Of a stretch of 64,000 nt of DNA, positions 1-9,697 are shown in pieces. The stretch comes from Nitrosopumilus sp. Its GTDB lineage: Archaea; Thermoproteota; Nitrososphaeria; Nitrososphaerales; Nitrosopumilaceae. Under the pieces are notes generated by a model. The model saw only the letters and a list, made by a program, of their open reading frames with translations, made no database searches and was not told the DNA's origin. The first letter of the stretch is position 1. Every line of letters starts with the position of its first letter. The translations under genes were made by a program, and so were the position numbers. Where the stretch lies: positions 1,824,001 through 1,888,000 of the forward strand of contig OZ241981.1 in the NCBI GenBank assembly GCA_965204345.1. Direction: 5' to 3'.

Positions 1-1
1 C

Positions 2-139
2 GACATAGACATTCAAAATAACAATATGACATTCAATCATTATAATGTCGGACTTTCACCATCTGTGGAATGTATGTATCCGGAAATAATTGAACATAGT
101 TTCGATATCAAATGGGATCGATTCAAAATATTCGTTTGA
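2..139 (+). CDS. 3' end of hypothetical protein, paralog of 1168..1893
   Basis: Open frame from window edge to TGA 137-139; MTFNHYNVGLSPSVECMYPEIIEHSFDI aligns with YKFFHVSADLQEYMPCDYPKVIKNSVDV of 1168..1893. Confidence 0.7.
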   Translation, partial: DIDIQNNNMTFNHYNVGLSPSVECMYPEIIEHSFDIKWDRFKIFV

Positions 140-146
140 TACGACG

Positions 147-190
147 GTTCTGACAAATTTTGATGATCTAGATATGCTATAAATCACAGT
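147..190 (-). repeat. Dispersed repeat A copy
   Basis: gttctgacaaattttgatg...atgctataaatcaca resembles 4251-4290 and the reverse complement of 16443-16483 and 24715-24755. Confidence 0.7.
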
Positions 191-198
191 TTGATTGT

Positions 199-250
199 AT
201 GTTTTGCTCTATTTTTATTTTTTAAAACCATTAATTTTACGCCTAAACTT
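199..250 (-). repeat. Dispersed repeat C, partial copy
   Basis: Reverse complement aagtttaggcgtaaaattaatggtttt...aatagagcaaaac matches 5252-5300 and about 10262-10310. Confidence 0.75.
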
Positions 251-263
251 TGTACACTAGTCA

Positions 264-1168
264 ATGGATAGCGTTCCATCACATTGACATAATTTGCATT
301 TTCCATTAACAATTTGTGAGTTTTTGTCATATGTATCTGACAGGCATCTCGATAATATGTGGAATATAGATACAAAAAAATACCAAATTGTGATCTATAA
401 CTTTGACACCCTTGCATATGACAATCTGGCAGGTCTGAACGCTCTCATAGCCAATGTAGAGAATCAAAAGAATAACAACTCATACAATCCCACGAAAGCC
501 GAAAAAAATACCATGAATGGGCTGCAAAACAGATAGGAGAGCATCCTGTAATGCCAGACATGAAGCAAGAGATGATCAAGCAGGTCATCCGTGCGTATAA
601 TGAGAGTGCAAATTATGGAAATGTGCCTGCTGATCTCTATGATTTAGATCCATCATTTTGGTTGGACATAGCAAGTGACAAAATGTGTGATCTTTTAGAG
701 GACTGTAGACAGAATGCCATGCAATCCGGATTAGACTTGTTAGACTGCACAATCGTTCCATGTGCAGAGGCAACAACCTATTCGACATACCATGTGCTGA
801 GCACGTATATGAATCCCTACAGATGCATTTATGGTAATACCTGTTATGTTTCAGATGTAGATAGCGGAAGTGGACCACTACAGACCCATCAGGCTGGCGG
901 TGGGACACATGCTGGTTCATTGTATACCACGTATGCGATTGTAAATAAATCCTATGTGGATGCCTTTCCGGTATCACACGAAGTTTCAGCAAGAATACAG
1001 ATAGGTAATCAGGCAAGAACTTTGGGACCATTTGTAGGAATTGACGAAATAAATCAAAGAGATAGCGTATATCTAGGCGGACGATGTGGTGGCGGAACAG
1101 GCGATGAGAGGAACTGTGGGACTTTCTCATTAACCGTCTATGCTGAACCTGCAACATTTGAGACATAA
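264..1168 (+). pseudogene. Degraded, probably secreted protein gene (ORFs 294..536 and 551..1168 joined by a frameshift)
   Basis: Adding one A to the A7 run at 502-508 joins ...KAE to KYHEWAAKQIGEHPVMPDMKQ; further in-frame TGA at 285-287. Confidence 0.55.
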
Positions 1169-1893
1169 TGTTTATCTCAAACCCCCTATTTTTTTTATCT
1201 ATGAAAAAGTGGATTCCAATATCCGTTGGATGTATCTTTTTAGTGACTGTTGGGTATTTGTATGCAGAATATGATTATGAGAATAGAACCTATGTTATAC
1301 CTATGAGAGAATCCCTTATCGTCCCAGAGGTATCTGATGTACATTATGAACCCATCGACAGTGAGAGATTCTGGATGTCAATGGAGAGGATCACCCCTTT
1401 GAATGACGGCTCCATACGCATAGACTTTTCACAAAACGGCTGGACAGACACATCGGTTATTCCGTTAATACCAGAATTTGAACATTCTGAGAACATAAAA
1501 ATAAACCAGATGTTTGCAGTTATGTGTCTTCCACTCAAAGAAGAGGATCACAAGATTTTGTGTGATGACACAGATGATCAAGATGCAAGAGCATGTACGA
1601 CCCCCCTAACGGGCGGAACTCCTTCGGTAGTAAATTTTCTACAATATCTTGGAATGACGCCTGACAGGAATGGCGTCTTGTCATACAAGTTCTTCCACGT
1701 TTCTGCAGATTTGCAAGAGTACATGCCATGCGACTATCCAAAGGTCATAAAGAACTCCGTTGATGTAAGAACACTCTATTACGACCCTGATATCATATAT
1801 CCTAATGATGTAGACTGGTATAACAGAACCGAGGAGCAGAGACAACAGTTACATGATCAAATTGATGCGATAAATAGTGCGCAGACCCCATGA
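1168..1893 (+). CDS. Membrane-anchored/secreted hypothetical protein
   Basis: N-terminal hydrophobic segment (KKWIPISVGCIFLVTVGYLYA); start overlaps upstream stop. Confidence 0.7.
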   Translation: MFISNPLFFLSMKKWIPISVGCIFLVTVGYLYAEYDYENRTYVIPMRESLIVPEVSDVHYEPIDSERFWMSMERITPLNDGSIRIDFSQNGWTDTSVIPLIPEFEHSENIKINQMFAVMCLPLKEEDHKILCDDTDDQDARACTTPLTGGTPSVVNFLQYLGMTPDRNGVLSYKFFHVSADLQEYMPCDYPKVIKNSVDVRTLYYDPDIIYPNDVDWYNRTEEQRQQLHDQIDAINSAQTP

Positions 1894-2058
1894 TCAATGG
1901 ATGGAAATGGATCCCAACCGGTTCTCCATCAAATTCAAGTGATCATATTATCAAAATTTGCCAGAACTGATAAAACAATCCAAGCAGTTGGGTCTTATCA
2001 ATTGCACATAAAGTTCATTGTATTTCTTTGATTTTATTATGAGTAATGTAGAGGCTGC

Positions 2059-2340
2059 ATTCATCTCCAATATTTTTTTGGCCTGTTTAGACAATGTCCT
2101 TCTTGCCATAGGCCCAATTCATCATTGCATTCTTTGCACTGACGCTACTGATTGCCAACATTAGGAATTTCCTGAAGAGTTTGAAACTGCAGAAATAATG
2201 TTTATGGAGAATAAAAAAAATTGGCATGCACCGTAAATTGGCTGAAAAAGAAGCATGCCGTAACTCAATATAACTACTTAAATAACGAAGGCACATAGGG
2301 ATTGGTAATAACATGAAAAACATAACAAATAAAACAAAAA
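2059..2340 (+). repeat. Repeat D: ~270 bp upstream/promoter module, inverted copy at ~9680-9950
   Basis: About 85-90% identical by eye to reverse complement of 9680-9950; includes TTAAATA box ~30 nt before the ATG and the first codons. Confidence 0.9.
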
Positions 2341-3485
2341 CAATACTGTTTGCATCCTTGATTGCCGCAATGATATTGCCATTTAGCGGTATGGGAGTTG
2401 CAGAAGCAAAGAAAGAACCCGACATGACAGACTATGTCTCTCAATATAAGTACATTGACACAAAGATTCGTGATAACAAAGAATCAATTGAAAATGATAA
2501 CAAAAAACTAAAAGATAAATCAAAATTATCTAGTGCAGATATCATAAAAATTGAAAAACGAATCAAAGACAAAAAGGCAGAAAACGTCAAACTATGGAAG
2601 AATGCTGATGAAGTTGAAAAATTGAATATTGAGTCTTACATCTTAGATGATGAGACACAGGCAATCTTTGATGATGCTTTGGAAACCTTGACTGAAAATT
2701 ATCTGAACACAAATGGTGTCTATGATGTATTTCCAGAAAACAAATACAGAAAGATGATAGTCATGGTTGATCCTGATGACTTTGAGACTAGCAGTTACAC
2801 AGGAGACCGAGATGCATTTACTATAGAATTAGAAAATGCCATTGAGGTAGATGTGGAAACTATCTTTGAAGAAATGGTTTTAACACATTCAACCTCTTGT
2901 CCAAATGCAACATCGTCATGTCATCCAGCTAAGGGCGGAATATCAGTAGCTCACCAAGGCTCAACAGGTGTTGGTAGTACCCTAGGGTTCAAAGCATTAC
3001 ATCCAACATATGGTTATGGTTTTATTATTGCAGAACATGAAGTCCCAAATGGAAATGAACGAGTTGTTCAACCTTTAGGTAGTTCTGGAGTAATTGGTCA
3101 AGCTAAAGTCATGCCTAGTGGTTCATGTGATTGTGCATTTATACAATTCACAGGAGGCCATTGGATGTATGATGAAATCTGGGCACCTGATTTTGGTAGC
3201 ATATACCCAGTACAAACAAGAAATACAGCATCTACCCCTGCTGGAACTATGTTATCTTGGGACGGAATTGGCAGTTCAGGACTTGTTGGATCGCTAATCT
3301 ACGAAAGTTCCCATAGTGGCAAAATTAGCGGTATATCATCTGGCGGCGATAGTGGTTCAGCAATAATTAAACCACAAGCCAATGGAAAAGCTGATGTTTA
3401 TGGTATTGCTAAAGGTACCACTGGTGGTTACACATACTATGAACCATATGATCACATCAAAGATCAATTGGGATTGATATGGTGA
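2313..3485 (+). CDS. Secreted chymotrypsin/trypsin-like serine protease with N-terminal coiled-coil/pro region
   Basis: Signal peptide KTILFASLIAAMILPFSGM; STLGF, IIAEH (His), CDCAFI (Asp), GGDSGS (Ser) motifs. Confidence 0.8.
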   Translation: MKNITNKTKTILFASLIAAMILPFSGMGVAEAKKEPDMTDYVSQYKYIDTKIRDNKESIENDNKKLKDKSKLSSADIIKIEKRIKDKKAENVKLWKNADEVEKLNIESYILDDETQAIFDDALETLTENYLNTNGVYDVFPENKYRKMIVMVDPDDFETSSYTGDRDAFTIELENAIEVDVETIFEEMVLTHSTSCPNATSSCHPAKGGISVAHQGSTGVGSTLGFKALHPTYGYGFIIAEHEVPNGNERVVQPLGSSGVIGQAKVMPSGSCDCAFIQFTGGHWMYDEIWAPDFGSIYPVQTRNTASTPAGTMLSWDGIGSSGLVGSLIYESSHSGKISGISSGGDSGSAIIKPQANGKADVYGIAKGTTGGYTYYEPYDHIKDQLGLIW

Positions 3486-3545
3486 TCCCCTTTCTTTTCT
3501 TTTTTTATTTAAAAAATTAATATTCGATGTAGTTTTGGTTCAAAT

Positions 3546-4211
3546 ATGAATATACTATTCTTAACATTTTTTTCAATCTTTATGATGTTAGGAGGAACAA
3601 CACAATTTACTTTTGACTTTGATGCTTATGGACAAATATATCAAGGACATGGGCACTTTAACTCATTTAAAGAAATTTTAGAGGGCAGGCAAGTGGGTGA
3701 TCCTCTCACTTGCCCTAATCCCGAGCACGTACTTGTTTTACGGCCTAATTCTAATTGGGCCTGTGTTTATTTTGAAACCGCAAAACACCTACACTGGGAT
3801 ACTGTAGTATATTCAGAATATGATGCACCACAGATTACCACATCCGTTTTTTATGATGGAGATTATCATCACATTACATATCAAACAAATGAAGGGATAG
3901 TTGACTCTGTTGAGATTTATGCAGATGCAGGATATGTGATTGAGGATTATGTTTTGAATGTATCTCTAACACCTACAAAAGAGGAAGGGAATTTGGTGGT
4001 GACGCTCCCAACCATTGAGTCTAATATGTTTAAAGACTACTGTATTGAATCCAATAGAATTGCAGATTCTCACTATTTCTTTTATTTAGTTGACGGCATG
4101 GAAGTAGAAGAATATGAAGAAATTAGCACAATGCCTAGTTTTACTATTGTAAAATTACCTTATGAATCTGATTCAGAATTGGTTGAAATAATTGTTGCTT
4201 GTTTAATCTAA
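3546..4211 (+). CDS. Secreted hypothetical protein with thaumarchaeal two-Cys motif
   Basis: Signal peptide; LTCPNPEHVLVLRPNSNWACV...AKHL resembles IQCDGGKLLMVTLAGNPVCL...AMKL near the N-terminus of 16530..24512. Confidence 0.7.
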   Translation: MNILFLTFFSIFMMLGGTTQFTFDFDAYGQIYQGHGHFNSFKEILEGRQVGDPLTCPNPEHVLVLRPNSNWACVYFETAKHLHWDTVVYSEYDAPQITTSVFYDGDYHHITYQTNEGIVDSVEIYADAGYVIEDYVLNVSLTPTKEEGNLVVTLPTIESNMFKDYCIESNRIADSHYFFYLVDGMEVEEYEEISTMPSFTIVKLPYESDSELVEIIVACLI

Positions 4212-4247
4212 AAGATTAGTTGGATCAAGTACAAATTATAGCGTTAT

Positions 4248-4384
4248 AGAGTTTTGATAAATTTTGGTGTCCCATGCCACAAATCACAAATATTATTCTC
4301 GGAATTGTATTTTGAGTCTTTTTGATGGTTAGATAATTTAAGAAAATCATCTCTTGCAGTTTGCCGTTAAATTCCAGTAATTAG
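4248..4384 (-). repeat. Composite repeat A+B (~140 bp)
   Basis: Reverse complement aligns with 24601-24758 (ggaattt.ac.g.aaactgcaa.gaga..gttttcttaaa ... ccatcaaaaa ... atttgtgatttgtggcatg..acaccaaaa.ttatca.aactct). Confidence 0.8.
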
Positions 4385-4537
4385 CTGTATGTGAGATAAA
4401 TCCAATGTAATGTTTGAGGTGAAAATTTAGGTGAGGATAGACCAAACTGGACAGAAGCACATCTGAAAAAATTTCCAACACGCAGAAGCTGTAATGATTC
4501 AGTAAAATGATCTTGATTGGGAATAACCACCATAAGG

Positions 4538-4762
4538 CTATCTACGTATTTTTGATTTAGAACTAACAAAGGTCATGTGAAAATAACACCAATATCTTTT
4601 ATTTCTATGATCACAATTATCACACTCATAAAACCCTTCACGACTTTCCTCACAGCACCTATCGACAAAAAATTGCGTATACATACCATCAGGGGGATAT
4701 GCAATAACTTTTTTGCCACAATTATCACATGAAAAATCATGACTTGTTTTCTTGTCTGCCAT
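4538..4762 (-). CDS. Small Cys-rich zinc-finger protein
   Basis: CDNC...CC...CDNC motifs, 74 aa. Confidence 0.6.
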   Translation of the reverse strand: MADKKTSHDFSCDNCGKKVIAYPPDGMYTQFFVDRCCEESREGFYECDNCDHRNKRYWCYFHMTFVSSKSKIRR

Positions 4763-4768
4763 GAAATC

Positions 4769-4930
4769 TTACCTCATTCGCCTTCTTTGTTTCCAATCAG
4801 TATCTTTTTTTGGTTTGTCCCAATACGGACTCTTGTACTTTGGGCAAACTCTAGGGTTTGATTCATCTCTTGGAACCCATTTGTGAACACAACGCTCACA
4901 TTGATAGCCTTTTAGGAATATCTTTGCCAC
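4769..4930 (-). CDS. Small archaeal zinc-ribbon protein (53 aa, GTG start, not in ORF track)
   Basis: MAKIFLKGYQCERCVHKWVPRDESNPRVCPKYKSPYWDKPK; CxxC-HxW-PR-CPx(C)KSPYW pattern with last Cys replaced by Tyr. Confidence 0.65.
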   Translation of the reverse strand: MAKIFLKGYQCERCVHKWVPRDESNPRVCPKYKSPYWDKPKKDTDWKQRRRMR

Positions 4931-5044
4931 AATTATAGTATATTACTAGCAGTATCTAACTATTATGAATCTTTACACTGTTCAATCTTAGGATCTTTTC
5001 AAGTGTAATAATCTAGGAACCGCACGGAGATTTTTTGACAATTG

Positions 5045-5105
5045 TGGTTTGGTAATTTTTAAGAAAACCATCTCTTGTAGCTTGTCGTTAGATTCCGGTA
5101 ATTAG
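5045..5105 (-). repeat. Repeat B copy
   Basis: taagaaaaccatctcttgtagcttgtcgttagattccggtaattag vs 4340-4384 taagaaaatcatctcttgcagtttgccgttaaattccagtaattag. Confidence 0.8.
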
Positions 5106-5196
5106 TTTATCAAAATTTATCAAACCCAAAGTACAGAAACAGGAAGACAACATCTATACCATTAAACTAAATTTGCAAAACATCATTAACCAAATC

Positions 5197-5313
5197 AATT
5201 GATACCTTCTGAATATTGAAAATACTAAACTAGGAAAAAATTGAAGTGACGAAGTTTAGGCGTAAAATTAATGGTTTTGATAAATAAAATAGAGCAAAAC
5301 ACACAAAGAAACT
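5197..5313 (+). repeat. Repeat C copy
   Basis: Direct repeat of ~10213-10322 (ttgaaaatactaaactagga...agtttaggc...tttgataaa.aaaatagagcaaaacac). Confidence 0.8.
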
Positions 5314-5623
5314 GATGATTACTGTGCCTTTATTCATCAGATCTAATGTTTGACCATTTGGATTTGCCTTCAAGATGAAAAATTCAGAAAAGAAATCAAC
5401 TTGCAAATAAGATGATATTATCAAATCTTTACCGTGTATCAGGCTTGTATGTTTGTCTGACAAAAGATCAAACACTTGTAACATAGTCGATTAGATCACA
5501 TACAGGTCAACACTCAAAGTTCTCTTTAATATAACATCTTAATTGCTGTCAAGAAATGAATTTCATCATACTCTGTCCAATAAAGCGCCAATTATGATAG
5601 ATTCAACGCATATTTACAAACTT

Positions 5624-5944
5624 CAAAACCATGTCACGTAAATTTAACACCTGTATCGGGGTTAGATTTTGAGGCAAAACTATGTCACGTAAATTTAACA
5701 CCTTTGCTGGATGTGAGTTTTGCTAGTTTTGAGGCAAAACCATGTCACGTAAATTTAACACCTTTACTGGAGATGTGACTTTGAGAATCTTTGATCATTT
5801 TGGGGAAAATTTAGATCACGTAAATTTAACAGTGAAAACTCTATGTCACGTATTCTTAAGTGTCATCGGGGTTAGATTTTGAGGCAAAACCATGTCACGT
5901 AAATTTAACAGTGAAAACTCTATGTCACATATTCTTAAGTGTCC
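5624..5944 (+). repeat. Irregular tandem array of TCACGTAAATTTAACA (5 copies) plus 2 copies of ATGTCAC(G/A)TATTCTTAAGTGTC
   Basis: Core at 5634, 5685, 5745, 5816, 5895; three copies preceded by TTTTGAGGCAAAAC. Confidence 0.9.
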
Positions 5945-6007
5945 CCTTTTTCAATCAATTTGCCGTGCATGTCAATTTTTTTATTATCTGCCACATATCT
6001 CATTGTA

Positions 6008-7243
6008 ATGAAGGCAAAGCGCAAGATTGTATCGCTTGTAATGCTGCAGATAATGCTTATTGCGGCAAGTTTTATCATCATTATACACTTTGAGTCTCAG
6101 ACGGCATTTGCAGGAAATGCAGTAAACGTTGCAGGTAAGAACAGATTGCTTACAAGCACCGTGCTAGTGGAGCTACACCACGCATTATTCTATAATCAGA
6201 CACATGATACTGTGAAAGCCTCACTTGAGGATCTATATGAGAATATCATGCTCTTAAAAGAAGGCGGGCAATCCCCAATGGATATTCGCCCACTCCCTGA
6301 CCGATTTGATGCTGACTGGAACGCAATACATGAAAAATTTCTTTTATATGAAGCAGATATCCTGGATATCATAACACAGGACAGCGTGCAGCAACTCCAA
6401 ATAATGCAAGCCGAGGCAACCGGCGTAGAGCTTACACGTCTATCTGACATACTTGCAGAGAATCTCAGCAACGAAGTCGACGCACTCTCAATACAACTCA
6501 TATTGCTGCAGATAACACTTGGGCTGTTCAACATCTGTGTGCACATATTTATGATTGCACTAATCTGGAGAATCTTCAACAAGTACGCAGAAGACGAGAT
6601 AAAGACTACAAAGCTTGCCACAATAGGCGAGTTTGCAACAACCATGGCGCACAACCTGACAAACCCGCTCAGTGCAATACAAACATCTGCCACAAGGATA
6701 CGAAGGCACAGTGACCATCCTGTGATAATCTCAGAAACAGACAGGACAGACCGCTGCATAGCCAGAATGTCGCATCAGATCGAAGATGTCATGAACTATA
6801 CTCGCATATCGCCGCCCACCCTCTCAGAAGAGTCGGTACTGGACATTCTGCAACAGTCAGCATCCATGGTGGAGATTCCCAAGAACATATCACTGGCAAT
6901 GCCCGAGTCGGATGTGGTAATAGAGTGCGACAGGACAAAGCTGGAGGTGGCCTTTGTCAATCTGCTGCGCAACGCAGTACAGGCAATAAAAGACGTGTCT
7001 GGAAGCATCACAGTCAGGCTCGAAGGCAAATCCGAGATGGTCAGAATAGAGTTTGCAAACTCTGGTCCACCCATACCGGATAAATACCTGCAAAGGATAT
7101 TTGAGCCCCTATTTACCACCAAGATGCGCGGGACGGGTCTGGGCCTTGCAAGCTGCAAGAACATACTGGACTCTCATAATGGCTCCATAACTGCATCCAA
7201 CGAGCCTGTAACGTTTACAATAGACATACCTCAGAGGCAATGA
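6008..7243 (+). CDS. Membrane sensor histidine kinase with NarX/PilJ-like extracellular domain
   Basis: Two TM helices; AVNVAGKNRL P-box-like motif; H-box AHNLTNPL, N-box NLLRNA, F-box IFEPLFTTK, G2 GTGLGL; start taken at MKAKRK. Confidence 0.9.
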   Translation: MKAKRKIVSLVMLQIMLIAASFIIIIHFESQTAFAGNAVNVAGKNRLLTSTVLVELHHALFYNQTHDTVKASLEDLYENIMLLKEGGQSPMDIRPLPDRFDADWNAIHEKFLLYEADILDIITQDSVQQLQIMQAEATGVELTRLSDILAENLSNEVDALSIQLILLQITLGLFNICVHIFMIALIWRIFNKYAEDEIKTTKLATIGEFATTMAHNLTNPLSAIQTSATRIRRHSDHPVIISETDRTDRCIARMSHQIEDVMNYTRISPPTLSEESVLDILQQSASMVEIPKNISLAMPESDVVIECDRTKLEVAFVNLLRNAVQAIKDVSGSITVRLEGKSEMVRIEFANSGPPIPDKYLQRIFEPLFTTKMRGTGLGLASCKNILDSHNGSITASNEPVTFTIDIPQRQ

Positions 7244-7255
7244 GGAGAAAGAGAT

Positions 7256-7621
7256 ATGATTTCAAGGAAGATCCTGTTTGTAGATGACGACAATGAGGTG
7301 CTAGAGGTATGCATGCAAGCTCTGGCAGACGACGGTCATGACACAATGGGAGCATCAAGTGGCCAGGAAGCCATATCAAGGTATTCAGAGTTTAGGCCAG
7401 ACATTGTGTTTATGGATGTAAAGATGCCGGGGATGAGCGGCTTTGATGCGTTTCTTGCCATACAAAAACGCCACAAGAACGCGCGCGTCGTGCTCATATC
7501 CAACTATTCCATTGATAAAGTAAAGTACGAATACGCCAAAAAGAAATCGCTTGCTGGACTGATTCGCAAGCCGATAAAATGGACCGACATTGAGCGCATG
7601 ATAAAAAAACATGCAAAATAA
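7256..7621 (+). CDS. Single-domain response regulator (receiver)
   Basis: ILFVDDD, DIVFMDVKMPGMSG, KP motifs. Confidence 0.95.
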   Translation: MISRKILFVDDDNEVLEVCMQALADDGHDTMGASSGQEAISRYSEFRPDIVFMDVKMPGMSGFDAFLAIQKRHKNARVVLISNYSIDKVKYEYAKKKSLAGLIRKPIKWTDIERMIKKHAK

Positions 7622-7623
7622 TT

Positions 7624-8487
7624 TTATGGGCGTCCAGACTTTTTCATGACCTGAAATCTGCTTTTGTAATGGTCTTGGGCCTCATCAAAGAATTCTCTGT
7701 ACCATCTGTACATGTTGCTGTCATCGTGTAGCATCCTTCTTATTTTGACAGACCTCTGAGGAATTCGTGCTGACCTGGGATGCCTATAGTATAACATATA
7801 CGTGTAAAACCAGCATGATACCTGTTCTGCCAGTCCGTGTTCTGATATGCTCTCAAAGCCTTTTGCATGCCTTACATGTATGTAATCCATCAGTTCACGC
7901 ATCGGGTTATCTGGGATTACCGTCGTCTTTGCACTCTCAAACATCAGGGCTTTTGAGAGTATGCGTATCTTGTATGTGTCATCCCCAAGAACTGATCTCA
8001 GTCTCTGCCATATTCCAAATACCTTTGGAAGCGACTCTGCATAAGTGGAGGCCATCACGTCTATCTCGTCGTTTGTGAGGTTTAATGCGTCCATGCAGTA
8101 CAACATGCCGTGCAGCGATAACCGGTATTTCCACGATATCTTTTTTCCGATAACTTTCTTCTCGCGTACTACCAGACCGATATCCAGTATCCCATCTGTG
8201 CGCCGTCTGCCATCTGTTCTGCCAATAAAGAGTCTGCGATATTGACGCTCTTTTTCCCTTATGAAACTGACGTTGTGACGGCGTATGCTTGCCATATCCC
8301 ACGTAGTGCACGGACCGTAAGTCATTAACAGACGCAGCATACTGTGTATGCTTTTCTGATGTTTGGTCAGGGCTATTGTAGAATACCCATACTTTGCGCG
8401 CGCTGCCGGTCTGACATACACCTTGTATGACATCAGATTGCCATGGTTTGGCTCTGGCGGTTTATCTAAAAGCATACCATAACTCAA
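7624..8487 (-). CDS. Hypothetical protein, possible winged-helix DNA-binding protein
   Basis: Basic protein; LRLLMTYGPCTTWDMA...GLVV...YRLSLHG pattern resembles a wHTH. Confidence 0.55.
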   Translation of the reverse strand: MSYGMLLDKPPEPNHGNLMSYKVYVRPAARAKYGYSTIALTKHQKSIHSMLRLLMTYGPCTTWDMASIRRHNVSFIREKERQYRRLFIGRTDGRRRTDGILDIGLVVREKKVIGKKISWKYRLSLHGMLYCMDALNLTNDEIDVMASTYAESLPKVFGIWQRLRSVLGDDTYKIRILSKALMFESAKTTVIPDNPMRELMDYIHVRHAKGFESISEHGLAEQVSCWFYTYMLYYRHPRSARIPQRSVKIRRMLHDDSNMYRWYREFFDEAQDHYKSRFQVMKKSGRP

Positions 8488-8586
8488 TGCGTATTCTCAT
8501 ATAACAGTGTAACAAGTATAACGAATGTCCCGAGTTTGGAGCAGTGTAAAATAATGCGATATGTCACTTGTGTCTAAATTAAAAAA

Positions 8587-8802
8587 TTACGGTTTCAAAT
8601 AACATTGTTCTTCTTCATCATATTCTAAAATACTTAGGTCTCCACCCATTGCTTCATAGTCAGAAGGCCAAACACATGGGCCTGCGATATTTCCGTATAC
8701 AATGATATTCCAGAATAATTCAAAATTAAAAATAAAAATAATTCCAGCAATAACCATCAAGAGCGGGAAAAAAATTAAAAAAAAAGTTTTAGAATCTGTC
8801 AT
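8587..8802 (-). CDS. Small membrane protein downstream of 8789..9697
   Basis: Hydrophobic FFLIFFPLLMVIAGIIFIF then acidic tail with 2 Cys; start uncertain. Confidence 0.55.
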   Translation of the reverse strand: MTDSKTFFLIFFPLLMVIAGIIFIFNFELFWNIIVYGNIAGPCVWPSDYEAMGGDLSILEYDEEEQCYLKP

Positions 8803-9697
8803 GCCACCATTCGACATATACACCCCACCATAATTTAGGCCACCAGTAACTAAGAATTTCAGGGTTAGGCTCATCTTCAGTTACAGTGTATGAACTATGT
8901 GTGTATGGATTGATAACTGCTTCATCACGGAATGGACCATTATTGCAATTGCCAGGAGCGCCAGACGTTACAACTTTGGCAAAGTCAATGTCTTGTGCAC
9001 TTTCACCACCCCAAGAAGCATATGAGGGAACCATATGGTATCCGTTTTGATATAATTCTTGTTGAGCATCGCCCAAAGAACTAAATCCACTTGTTGTTGT
9101 TGTTGTTGGTGTTGAATCTACAGGATGTGGATTTTGATAGTTACCACCACAAGCTAATGTTGAGGAACTAGAACTGTGTTGTGTTTGGTGTATTTTTGCA
9201 TATTCATAAATACCAAAAGCAGAAATTATTGGTGTATGTGCAAAATCATATGTTGTAAATGTAATATCACTTACAGACCCAACTGATCCAGTTTCACTTC
9301 CAAATAAAGCTCTGAATTTACCATTTTCAAGTTCTTCTAATGCTTGTTTTAATTGTTCGTTCTCTGATGTTTGAGTTTCATTTACTTGCCCTGTGAACCC
9401 AATTACAGCATCCATAATATCATTATTATGGACTGCAAAATCCAAGGCTACATCGATATCAAATTGTGTCACATCAGGGTTGTTAATTGTATTTATGATA
9501 TCAAATGTTATGTTTTTATTTTCATCATAAATGACATATTCTTCCATGACGGCAAAGGCATGTTCAATTTCTTCTATGGTGTATACGTTGTATTCAAACT
9601 CTTCTTGATTTTCCTGAGCAAATGAATTTGTCATTCCGATTGGAATAAGCAAAATCAATGCCAAGAAAGGAATTGTGTATTTTGTTTTGTTATTCAT
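8789..9697 (-). CDS. Secreted hypothetical protein with acidic N-region and Trp-rich C-terminus
   Basis: Signal peptide; Ser/Thr linker; ends EPNPEILSYWWPKLWWGVYVEWWHDRF. Confidence 0.75.
   Translation of the reverse strand: MNNKTKYTIPFLALILLIPIGMTNSFAQENQEEFEYNVYTIEEIEHAFAVMEEYVIYDENKNITFDIINTINNPDVTQFDIDVALDFAVHNNDIMDAVIGFTGQVNETQTSENEQLKQALEELENGKFRALFGSETGSVGSVSDITFTTYDFAHTPIISAFGIYEYAKIHQTQHSSSSSTLACGGNYQNPHPVDSTPTTTTTSGFSSLGDAQQELYQNGYHMVPSYASWGGESAQDIDFAKVVTSGAPGNCNNGPFRDEAVINPYTHSSYTVTEDEPNPEILSYWWPKLWWGVYVEWWHDRF

Noticed and set aside
5624-5944. CRISPR array
   Set aside because: Linkers are unequal in length and share sub-motifs; the repeat is unrelated to the real array; no adjacent cas genes.
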